DNA from: a virus
Lineage: Duplodnaviria > Caudoviricetes
DNA: 64,000 nt
IMG/VR virus record: IMGVR_UViG_3300033559_000026
Coordinates: 4,399 to 68,398 of that record
Reading direction: 5' to 3' (one strand)
Shown: in pieces, positions 27,980 through 38,237 of the stretch
Position numbering within the stretch: position 1 is the stretch's first letter
Layout of the letters: each line of letters begins with the position of its first letter
Position numbers and translations under genes: made by a program
Notes under the pieces: model-generated
Database searches by the model: none
What the model was told of the DNA's origin: nothing
The model's input: the letters and a program-made list of their open reading frames with translations, nothing else

Positions 27980-29731
27980 ATGTCATTCAAGATCCAGTCA
28001 AACGAAACCAGCTACACCAAGAGCAAGCGCATTGAGGCACTTGCCCTCGCTGTAACCGCACTATCACATGCAGTTGATACTGAAGCCAATTGTGGGTTCC
28101 TGCCCGATAGCGTCGATGAAGCCAAGAATGCTTTGCGCCACGCTGTCAAGGTTCTTCACGAAGAAATGCCAATCTAATGAACTTCCCCAAACTTGGCTCT
28201 GATGAATATATCAAGGCACGAACCCGCGGCAAGCTTCTCATTGACCTTGGTGAAGTGATCATCAAGCAATATGGTGAGAAGGAGTCTGTCACGCTCCTAC
28301 AGAAGTTCAACGAGGCTGAGAAAGAGAAAGAGAAAGGGAAGAAATGATTGGTGAACCTGTGAAGACTACCTACAAGAACAAGCGAGAGTTTATTATAAAC
28401 ATTCGCAACCGTCTCCAAGTTCTTCTCGGGGATAACGACATTGAGTTGGAAGCCATGGCTGAACGACTCTACGCCGATGCTGCGGGTTACGCTCAGAAGA
28501 AGGGCTTGACTCTTCGGCTTGATGAAAAGGAAACCAAGTGAAAGACATCATCAAAACCTACGAGAAAGAGCTTGAAGATCCTCGTCCTATGTATGTCATC
28601 ATGTCAGATGACGGGATGTTCTTTGAGGATCATGGGGAACATGGAACCATTCAGATTACTGATAATCCGTCGCTTGCCTTTACTTGGGGCAACGATGAAT
28701 ATGCGGATTGTGAGCTTATCGAATACGAAAGCCGCTTCAAGAAAACAAAAAAGAAGTGGCGTGTCGTGGCTCTATATGAAAATAGCAAGATAACCCACAA
28801 CATTACTGAAAGGTAATCATGAAAAGCTTACTCGTATTCTTCCTGTGGATTATCACATGTATAGTGAGTTTCGTTGTGCTGTTCCCCATATGGTTGTTAT
28901 TCGTCACAGTTCCCCGTATGTTCTGGCATATTTATCGCAATCACGACGTTTGGCAACACACAGATTGGGATATGCCATGGTTCGCTGCCAGCAAGGCTAC
29001 CGAGTGGGTAAGGGGTCTTGACAAGAAGAATAAGTCTGATAGAATCCGTGAAAGCAAACCAGTATTCGCTGGGAGCTAAAACGGAGTTACTATGAGGCTC
29101 GTTCAACAGCTTGACGAAATAACCTTCCTGGCAGAACATGTCGGGAGGTTTATTACTGTTTGGGAGTTTGAGAACGACTTCGCTCTGTTTCTACACCTTC
29201 AAGAAAACAAACTGAGAGAAGAAAATGAACTTAGAAGACATCAACAAAAAGATTAGTGAACTCAACAACTCTTCACAAGACATCAGCGTTGAGATTGAGA
29301 AGCTGGAGCGACAGAAACAGGTGTTTGAGGCGCAGGAGGTTCTAAAGGTTCTCTCGTTGTTCGACTTTGACTTTGACTCATCCGAACTCAAACTGGAAGT
29401 GAAGAAACCAAATACGAATACCGAAGCGTGGAAGGCGCTTGACAAGGCTTGGAAGCATGGATACCATGACTCTATATTCCTTGAAGAGAATGTCAAGCTG
29501 CGGGGCGACGATGGAACTTATAAGTTAGTTGTTGACAAGGTAGATTATCGTGTTAGTAAGAATCCTCGTGAGTCATGGGCTGATGGTGATATGAAGATAC
29601 TGGCTGCATTCGCAAAGAAACACAATCTTAGCATCATATACAAGCGACGGGAAGAAATGATAAAAAGGCATGTCAATGCCGTGAAAGAATCACAAGAGGA
29701 AATGTTGTTCTTCAAGAATGAAATGCGCTGA
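27980..29731 (+). CDS. Run of small hypothetical genes (27980-28177, 28344-28541, 28538-28816, 28819-29079 membrane, 29225-29731)
   Basis: ORF track, coupled. Confidence 0.65.
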
Positions 29732-29814
29732 GTGACACACCCGTTTATATGATGGTTATTGTTAGTTGAATGTGGCTGTAAGTTGATAAGATTATGACAT
29801 AAGGAAACAAACAC

Positions 29815-30183
29815 ATGCGTAAGGCATTCACCCTCATCGAAGCTATGATTGTTGTTGCAATCATGGCAATCGTTCTCTCACTCTGCGTCGGTGGCTGTGC
29901 TGCTGCTCTCCATAAGGAGCATGGTCAGGTATTCACCGTCACTGGCAAGGAAAATGTCAAGAGCTGGAATAGTGGCAAGTATCTTGTCTATACCGACAAG
30001 ACTACCTACGAGGTCACTGATACCTGGGTGGGCTGGCGCTGGGATTCATCCGATGTCTATGGTGGCATTGTGGTCGGCAAGACCTACACCGCGACCCTTC
30101 AGGGCTACCGAGTTCCGTTCCTGTCTTGGTATCAGAACATTCTCAACCCGACTGAGGTTGTGAAGGATGTTGAGAAGAAGTAA
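29815..30183 (+). CDS. Protein with prepilin-type N-terminal cleavage/methylation motif
   Basis: MRKAFTLIEAMIVVAIMAIV: F(+1), E(+5), hydrophobic helix. Confidence 0.75.
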   Translation: MRKAFTLIEAMIVVAIMAIVLSLCVGGCAAALHKEHGQVFTVTGKENVKSWNSGKYLVYTDKTTYEVTDTWVGWRWDSSDVYGGIVVGKTYTATLQGYRVPFLSWYQNILNPTEVVKDVEKK

Positions 30184-30551
30184 TGAAAATCTACAAGATT
30201 CGCCACATGCAGACGGGGCTGTATAGCGCCGGTGGTAGCTACTCACCCCGCTGGACGAAGCGTGGAAAGACTTGGAATACCTTGGGGCACTTGAAGTCTC
30301 ATATCCGTGGCATTGCTGAGACTCGACAGGCACTCACCATCCGTGACATGTGTTTTTGGGAGGTCGTTGAGATTGAAGTCTCCGAAACCTCAAAGGTCAT
30401 GTGCAAGGGCGATGACATGCTCAAGGAAGCCGTGAATAAGATTCAGGCTAAGGAGCAAGAGCGCCAGGATTATCTTGACAACATCAAGATCCTCCGTGAA
30501 CAGGCTATCAGCAAGCTCTCCAAGGCTGAACGCGAAGCTCTTCGTGTTTGA
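30183..30551 (+). CDS. Hypothetical protein
   Basis: TAATG coupling. Confidence 0.7.
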   Translation: MKIYKIRHMQTGLYSAGGSYSPRWTKRGKTWNTLGHLKSHIRGIAETRQALTIRDMCFWEVVEIEVSETSKVMCKGDDMLKEAVNKIQAKEQERQDYLDNIKILREQAISKLSKAEREALRV

Positions 30552-30642
30552 CTTGACATTCTGGCTCATAATCTTTATGGCTGCCTACATGGCTGGAAAA
30601 TGGGCTGGAGGTCGATAGAATAAACACACAAAGGATTGAGTC

Positions 30643-31671
30643 ATGTCTAAGCTGCTAACCCGAGACGAGTTTCGTAATGGTGTCTTCAAGAGAGACAACC
30701 ACAAGTGCGTCTTCTGTGGCGAGCCAGCCAAGGATGCCCATCATATTCTTGAGCGTAGGCTATGGGGAAACACTGGCGGATACTACCTCAACAACGGTGC
30801 CAGCGTATGTGAGAAGCATCACCTTGACTGTGAGATGACTCTTATATCCTGTGAGGAAGTTCGTGAGAAGTGTGGAATAACTGAAACACTTCTACCAGAC
30901 CACTTCTACGATGAATACACCTATGATAAATGGGGTAACATCGTATTGAGTGAAGACCGCCGTGTAAAGGGAGAACTCTTCCACGATGAAAGCGTTCAGA
31001 AGATTCTGAAGCAGGGTGGGGTTCTCAACAAGTTCATCAAGTATATCAAGTATCCACGGTCAATGCACCTTCCATGGAGCCAGTCTGTCAACAAGGATGA
31101 CCGTGTTCTTCCCAACGTTGACCACTTCAAGGGAAAGAACGTGGTTGTCACCATCAAGATGGATGGAGAGAATACCAGTCTCTACAACGATTACCTTCAT
31201 GCCCGTTCTATTGACGGGAATAGCCACCCGAGCCGTGATTGGGTAAAGAACTTCTGGAACGGTATCCGTTGGGATATACCAGAGGATTGGCGTCTGTGTG
31301 GCGAAAACCTTTACGCAGAGCATTCTATTCGTTATGAAACCCTGGAGAGCTACTTCATGTTGTTCTCTGTGTGGAACGATAAAAACATATGTCTGTCGTG
31401 GAAGGAAACAACCGAGTGGGCTGAGATGCTTGGTGTCAAGACGGTTCCGGTTCTCTACGAGGGAATCTTTGACGAGGCTGCTATAAAGAGCCTTTGGGAT
31501 GAAAGTATGTGGGATAAGATGGAAGGCTATGTGGTCAGGCTGGCTGACGCTTACCCGTATTCAGCGTTCAACAACTCTTTGGCGAAGTTCGTTCGCAAGG
31601 GTCACGTTCAGACAGCAAAACATAACTGGCAGACACAGCCAGTCATTCCGAATGGGATGAAGAGGGAGTAA
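30643..31671 (+). CDS. HNH-like domain fused to RNA-ligase (Rnl2-type) adenylyltransferase domain
   Basis: RDNHKCVFC..DAHHI; KYPRSMHLPWS, motif I KMDGEN, EGYVVR, KFVR. Confidence 0.8.
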   Translation: MSKLLTRDEFRNGVFKRDNHKCVFCGEPAKDAHHILERRLWGNTGGYYLNNGASVCEKHHLDCEMTLISCEEVREKCGITETLLPDHFYDEYTYDKWGNIVLSEDRRVKGELFHDESVQKILKQGGVLNKFIKYIKYPRSMHLPWSQSVNKDDRVLPNVDHFKGKNVVVTIKMDGENTSLYNDYLHARSIDGNSHPSRDWVKNFWNGIRWDIPEDWRLCGENLYAEHSIRYETLESYFMLFSVWNDKNICLSWKETTEWAEMLGVKTVPVLYEGIFDEAAIKSLWDESMWDKMEGYVVRLADAYPYSAFNNSLAKFVRKGHVQTAKHNWQTQPVIPNGMKRE

Positions 31672-31674
31672 GCC

Positions 31675-32246
31675 ATGCAATACCGCAAAGTAAGTCTTAC
31701 CAATACCTATACGGGGGAAACCAAATGGAGAATCCAATGGAGGATGCCTTTGTTTGGTTGGTGGTTCTACCATGATAATGACTGGTGTATGACAACGTGG
31801 GATACCGAAGCCGAGGCTGAGAAGTATCTCAATGAAATGCTGGCAAACAAAGCCAAAGTTATAGTCAAGGTGCATGAATGAAAGAACGCATTCCAAACTG
31901 GCAGGCACCAACCATAGAGGAACTTGAGGCTACCGTCAAGTGTCTGTATTGTATCTATGAGATTGACCCCGAGTGGTGTGTCACTAAAGAAACACATGAG
32001 TCGCCCGATGGGTTCTTTGAGTATGAGGAATCCTACCACGGTAGCGGAAGCTATGTTCTACGAAGACTACTGACAGATCGTGACATACGAGGGCTTCAGC
32101 TTATCTACGAGATACAGGTACGCATACATGAAGAGAAGATGCGTAGAGCATCGGGTGAACTCAAGATGGCTGAAAACAAACTCAAGCAGGAATCCAGCGA
32201 TATGGAAGCGTTTATGAAGTACGCTCATTCTCGCTACGGGATTTGA
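31675..32246 (+). CDS. Two hypothetical genes (31675-31881, 31878-32246)
   Basis: Coupled ORFs. Confidence 0.65.
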
Positions 32247-32592
32247 TATGCTCTGCCAAGTCACGGTCACAGACGTTTATGTGGTTCAATAGCCACATAT
32301 AGAGGAAGCTACGCACATCAGCAGCGTTGTAGGTCTTAGACTTTATGACCCGCAGTATCCTCGCCACGAACCACCTATGCTGTTTAGTATGACTCTCATT
32401 CATCGGATAGTCGGAGGAAGTCATAAGCTCTTCTTCATGCGCAAAGTGTTCGTTGGAATACTTCAGAAGGTCAAATATAATAAATGTTACGTCTTTACCG
32501 TCATTGAGCCTAACCAATATATCAATAAGAACCCTATGCTCACGATCCATAAGCTCGTTGTTTACGATATATTGTTTATGCTCGTCGTTCAT
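32212..32592 (-). CDS. Bacteriohemerythrin
   Basis: H..L, HFAHEEELM...YP..SHTKQH, WLLNHI...D iron ligands; CATAAATA upstream at 32628-35. Confidence 0.85.
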   Translation of the reverse strand: MNDEHKQYIVNNELMDREHRVLIDILVRLNDGKDVTFIIFDLLKYSNEHFAHEEELMTSSDYPMNESHTKQHRWFVARILRVIKSKTYNAADVRSFLYMWLLNHINVCDRDLAEHIKSRSENERTS

Positions 32593-32650
32593 ACAGTATA
32601 TACCCTATTTAGATTATTGCGAAACTCTATTTATGTAATAAAATACAGCC

Positions 32651-35600
32651 ATGGATGACTATACCAAGCAACTTGAGAGAACCGTAGCCGAGTTGAAAGA
32701 CCGTTACGAGAACTATGTTGTTCAGCTTGAGGAAACGGTGGAACACCTGAAATCAAAGCTTATGGCTGAAATGAACGCCAATGCCACATGGTATAGTGAC
32801 ATTGATGACAGCACCCGTGAAGTTCTCAGGTCAAGGCTTATTGTTGGGTGTGTGGTCTTTGCGGAGGTCAGACGGGTGAAGAAAGGCAAAGATTGGGTGT
32901 GGAATGGTCATATACTTGACGCCACACCAGACTGTAAAGGGTATGGGTATGTGAAGATAGTTCGACATGAGCCTAACTTCAACGAGGCTATGCGTCGAAT
33001 AAATAAACTGTTAGCCTTGGATAGCTACAAGAAAGCGGATGAGATACCTTCTATGGATGCACTATGAGTTATATCAAACAGCTTGAAGAGGCTAATGAGA
33101 AGCTAATGAAGTCTCTTGAGAGGGAGTCTATGCTTCGAGAGATTGAAACAAATAGACATAAGAGATGGTATAGGGTTGAAATACACCACATACACAATGT
33201 ACACTTGGCAAGAGCATCCGCCAGTAATCTATGCCCGAGGTTTCCGGAACCCCTTGACGAAGTTATGCACCTATATGTCGTTCCTGGGATAGCTGCTGCG
33301 AGGGCTATTATATTGTCACGCCTACTCATGCGACAGCGTGATGATGGGAGCTTGCTTGGCGCTGGGGTATCGTGGAGTGTATACATTGAATCCACGGTAT
33401 ACCCGAATGGAAGCTGGAATCCATCATTACTACTACGAAAAGGCTGGATAGTAAATAGTATTCAGTATCCTGGGTGGGGAGGAAGCCTTGTAAACTATTG
33501 GAATACGGATAGTGACTCACCAATACCAACCAGATACAAGAACTACGGAGAGTATGCCAGATTCGTTATGGATTGCCATACAGCAAAAACGGGGAAGTAA
33601 TGATAGACCGCACTAAACAACTTGAAGAAGAAAACAAGAAGCTACAGGAGTTGCTTGATGCTGCTGTCAAGCAAGCAGATTCACTTCAGAAAGAAGTAGA
33701 TGACAGATTAGATGTCTCTGGTAAAATTGAAAAGTTAGTAATAGATGATATGATAAGCCAAATGGATACCGACTTCCTCAAGGCGGTAAATAAAGTTTAC
33801 TCATACCACCATGGATATATAAAATGAGCGACGAATATACACAACAGCTTGAAGAAACCAACGAGAAGCTTCGTAAGCGTCTGGAAGAGGAAACGACCAG
33901 GGCGGATAAGCTTCAGGGTGAGCTTGATAAGTTGAAGTATAAAGATGATAGAAAGATAGCAACTAACAATGGAGTCGTTCGGGGCGATAAGGCAGATGAT
34001 CTTATGAAGAAGTGGGAGAAACTTTTTAGACAGGCTTCTGACCCTAAAGTGAAATTCTAATGAAATCCTACACCGAAGAACTCGAAGCACAGATAGAAGC
34101 ACTCAAGGAAGCCTTGACTGTTGAAAGAGCTACCATTGACTTCATGAATAATCGTAAAGACTCGCAGACCTATAGGAGATGGAGTATACGCAAAACCTGT
34201 GACTACAAGATTACCCAATCGTGTCTAAAGTCATTACCACATACGGTAACTGATTACGTTGAGACATGCTGGCAAACCCTTGAGGATGCTCGTAACTTCT
34301 TACGTCTCTATCTTGATGAAGTTGAAGAAATCAATCCCAAATTCCTCACTAAAGTAGCTGCTACGAAATATGCTAAAGCTGAGTCATTCTGGCAATCTAT
34401 CATGACTCACATCGTCATCGAACTATACGACCAGAGAAAAGATAGAGTTGTGTTTCATAAGGCATTCACCATAGAGCAGACATATAGCTACAGCGACCAT
34501 AAGGTAGTAACAACTCTACTTGACTTGGAGCCATGTCGAATACAAGTCGTGGATGAATTGTTCCTACACGCCCTATCCGAAGGCTGTGATTATCTAAATA
34601 AGTGGCAGGCAATCATGGATTCTCGTAAGCTCATGTTCAACGACCCTGAAGTGGAGGATGACGATGGAACCCTATGAAATGGAACAGAAGAACAAACGCA
34701 TTCGTGAGTTGATAGACCTTATAGACAATGACCTTGACAAAGGGAATGACTGGTTCGACTACGTTCCAGAGATTGCCACACTCTGTCTCGACATGGATGA
34801 AGAGACGCATGACCCCGAGTATAAAGAGATACTGGCAAGCATTCTTGGAGCCATAGATTCGGTGCTTGTGAGCAGTATAAAAGTATGTAGAATCGAAAAT
34901 AAAGAGAAGCTGAACATACTCAGATTGAAGGTCATGAACCACTGTAAGAGATTGGGTCATTGAATAATCTGAGATGACTCTATAATCCTACATAAATACC
35001 ACATCGGAGGATTATATGACTATCATAAACGAATCACGCAAAGAGGTATGGGAATACTTCAGCAAGCACATAGCCCCGCTTATTCGCATTGGCGTATCGG
35101 AGTCTGACGTTGAGTGTTCATTGAAGAACACCTTCAATGGCAAGTACAAGTATATTGTTCGCAAGTATAAGGATACCATTCGTATCTCAGCCAACCTTCT
35201 GTCAAATGGAGTTATATTCTATATGGCTGAGACAAAGCAGGGTAAGGAAGATAAAGAGTTTATAGAACCTTCATATGGCTGGCGCAAAGTCTCTAAGTAA
35301 TACTACTATTGATTCATTAGTGATAGTGGTATAATAGACTTATGAGTTCTGAATATGAAAAGACCCTTGAGGATGAGAATGCCCGACTGCATGCCGAGCT
35401 TGAAGAGTTGAGGAAGCTCATATATGACTTGGCACCACGACTCGAAAAGGTATTCACTGATATGGCTAAGGATGTTCATAGCATAAACAATGGATACTTC
35501 GAGCGTGGGCAAGGGTGTCTTTCGCTTCTTCGTAAGATTGAAACAGAGCGCAAGTATATAACCAAGGAGTTCTTCTCCAAATGAAAAGCTACACCAAGAC

Positions 35601-36156
35601 GGTCGAAGAAGAGAATGACAAGCTTCGTGAGAAAATCTTGGATCTTGACAACGAGCTTGAGAAAGCACACGACATACTAAGAAACGAAGCGGCTGCCATT
35701 ACCGTAACTCTGAGATACAGCCTGTCAGACTTCTTTACCGATTATAGCACCGATATGCTTATGAGCGTAAAGGATGAAGACGATGCTCTCTGTGAAGTTC
35801 TGAATCACTTCGAGACAAAGGTTCATAAGAGTGGTGAGCATGCCTGGGAACTTATTCAACCTGAAAGAGTTAGAAAGGTATCACCAGATGTCAAGCCAAC
35901 GTGGACGCTTGACTACTGGCTCTACGGCATGCGATTCAATTGGGCGAAGATTCAGCTTCACAAGAAGAAGAAACACTTCTTCAAGATATACTCTTCTCAC
36001 TATGATATGCGTAATAACTTCAGGTGGGGGCTGGAAGAATGGGAAAAGCAAAAGATGCTCGACGCAATCAAGCCTTCGACATACCTAAAGTCAAGATTGT
36101 ATCTCTATATAAACGAGAGCAGCACACTAAAGCCGATGTTTACACCACATAAGTAA
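32651..36156 (+). CDS. YxKQLEE N-terminal family, block 1 (32651, 33064, 33600, 33824, 34060, 34664 weak, 35342, 35581) plus 35016-35300
   Basis: Shared N-terminal coiled-coil-like motif, different C-termini. Confidence 0.8.
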
Positions 36157-36184
36157 ACTATAAATAAGCGTTGGAGGGAGACTT

Positions 36185-37033
36185 ATGAAGACTCTTGCGC
36201 TAAATGGTGGTGGAACATCCGGTTACATGACAGCACTTCTGCTGGCTCGACTTGAGAAAGAGCTTGGTGGTAAGCATAGATGCTGCGAGCTATTCGACAT
36301 GATCGGTGGAGTATCAACTGGCGCAATCATTGGTGCGCTGCTCGCCAAGGGTCTGACAGCCGAGGAAGTCGTTCAGAAGTATGAAGAGTTCATTCCTGTC
36401 ATATTCAGCAACAAGCGTCTTCTACCACTCTGGAAGTCATGGTACAAGCGTGATGCGTATGAGAAGATATGCCACGAGAACCTGAACTTCGACATCAAGG
36501 ATAGCAAGACCAGATTCGTTGGGTATGCTACCTGTATCAGCCCACCCGAAATGAAGCCAAAGTTCTGGAAGTCGTGGAGAGATTCTATACCAGCCTACAA
36601 GGTGGCTCTCGCTTCGTCGGCTGCCCCCGTATTCTTCGATCCATATGAGATTGACGGTAAGTATTACATTGATGGTGGGTTGGCTTGTAATAACCCTTCT
36701 CTCTGTGTTATAACCGATGCCCTGAAGCTGGGGGCTGACGTTGATACCATATTCAATCTAAACATATCGTGTGATAAGCACGGTGGTTACAATAATGCTC
36801 GTAAGATGAAGGGTGTTATTCACTGGCTCAGTAAGCTGCCCTCCACGTTCCTTTATGCCGGTGCTGGCACAGAAAACTATATTGCTTCGACACTTATCAA
36901 GGGTCACTATGTTATTCAGCCAGGAGTCTCATTCAACATGGATAGCACCGACCTTGGTGCCATGCGCAGAGTTGCTGAGATGGTTTGGAACGAACATGGG
37001 TATAATCTTATAAAGAACTTGGAGATAGCATGA
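36185..37033 (+). CDS. Patatin-like phospholipase
   Basis: GGGTSG, GVSTG nucleophile, DGG; late promoter at 36159. Confidence 0.9.
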   Translation: MKTLALNGGGTSGYMTALLLARLEKELGGKHRCCELFDMIGGVSTGAIIGALLAKGLTAEEVVQKYEEFIPVIFSNKRLLPLWKSWYKRDAYEKICHENLNFDIKDSKTRFVGYATCISPPEMKPKFWKSWRDSIPAYKVALASSAAPVFFDPYEIDGKYYIDGGLACNNPSLCVITDALKLGADVDTIFNLNISCDKHGGYNNARKMKGVIHWLSKLPSTFLYAGAGTENYIASTLIKGHYVIQPGVSFNMDSTDLGAMRRVAEMVWNEHGYNLIKNLEIA

Positions 37034-37764
37034 AAGATTGGGGAAGGAAGTTTATAGAGTCGGGAACGATGAATGCGTTCAAGGCTACCTTCACGGAGTC
37101 AGAAGGAGTAAAGTATGTTTTTTTTGATTTTGATGACACCGTTAGAGAATCTGTAAACTACGGTGATGATAGTGGACCGCCCGTAGAGATTGGGCAGGTT
37201 CGAGTGTTCCCAGGCATGGGTAAAGCCATACAGCAGTGGATAAAGAACGGATACAAAGTCGTTGGAGCAACCAACCAAAAGGGTTCTCTTAGACGCCGTG
37301 AGTTCGTTCCTGCCGAGCAGAGAGCCAGCGCAACGCTTGAAGACGCTGCACAAGGATGTGGAGCAATCATACAGGAAACTCTTGACCAGCTTGGTGTCAG
37401 CTTCCCTGTTTTGTTTACGTCGGATAGCACAGTCTTCATATACAACGGTGGAAGCGTGTCAGTTGGTGGAACCTTCGGAACCGAAGACAAGAAGGGTGGT
37501 AAAGCACCGAAGCCAAGCCCAGCCATGGGTCAGGTTGCCTTCAAGTTGTTTGGCACTCCCGACTTGGAGAATTCGTTGATGGTTGGTGACTCGTTTGAGA
37601 ATGGCGATGAGATGTTCGCAAATGCTATTGGTGTCAAGTGGATTCATCCAGGCAAGCTTGGAAGAGACTTCATTGAGTTCACCAATCAGAAGTTTAGCGA
37701 AGAGATGGAAGAAGAATCTGGAACAATACTCCAGCCGAACTTCTATAACACTCACGGGTATTGA
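37030..37764 (+). CDS. HAD-family phosphatase (GmhB/PNK-3'-phosphatase-like)
   Basis: FFDFDDT, ATNQKG, PKPSPAM, MVGD. Confidence 0.8.
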   Translation: MKDWGRKFIESGTMNAFKATFTESEGVKYVFFDFDDTVRESVNYGDDSGPPVEIGQVRVFPGMGKAIQQWIKNGYKVVGATNQKGSLRRREFVPAEQRASATLEDAAQGCGAIIQETLDQLGVSFPVLFTSDSTVFIYNGGSVSVGGTFGTEDKKGGKAPKPSPAMGQVAFKLFGTPDLENSLMVGDSFENGDEMFANAIGVKWIHPGKLGRDFIEFTNQKFSEEMEEESGTILQPNFYNTHGY

Positions 37765-37811
37765 AATAATCTGCCGAGGGGTATAATAAGTCTTACAAGG
37801 AGACTAAGTTT

Positions 37812-38150
37812 ATGCCCAAGCGCGGACAAGATGAGAACGAAGAGAAGCAGATGAAGCCAAAGCAAATCGCCAGAATCGTTCTGGATGTATTTGACAACGG
37901 CTATGTGGATCGTACACTCAAAGAGTATTACACCAACGAGGAAACCAAGAAGAAGAAGACCTTCGACCATGACAAGGCTTCTGAGTTCATGAAGCTCTTC
38001 AAGGAAACACTCTCCGAGCAGCCCGAATACTTCGTAGCAATCGAATTGCTCAAGGCGCTCGACATCAATCCAAAGAACTTCTCACTCAACGTTCAGAAGA
38101 ACTACAAGGATGACATCACTCAAGCACCAGAGAAGACTGAAGAAGCCTGA
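37812..38150 (+). CDS. Hypothetical protein
   Basis: ORF after a TATAAT-containing promoter. Confidence 0.65.
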   Translation: MPKRGQDENEEKQMKPKQIARIVLDVFDNGYVDRTLKEYYTNEETKKKKTFDHDKASEFMKLFKETLSEQPEYFVAIELLKALDINPKNFSLNVQKNYKDDITQAPEKTEEA

Positions 38151-38178
38151 ACAAACTATAAGTTTGACTATGAGACTG

Positions 38179-38212
38179 AAACACCTACCCTAATCGGTAG
38201 GTGTTTCTCTTT
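38179..38212 (+). terminator. Intrinsic terminator
   Basis: AAACACCTACC-CTAATC-GGTAGGTGTTT-CTCTTT. Confidence 0.7.
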
Positions 38213-38237
38213 ATAGAGACTTGGGTATACTGAACAC

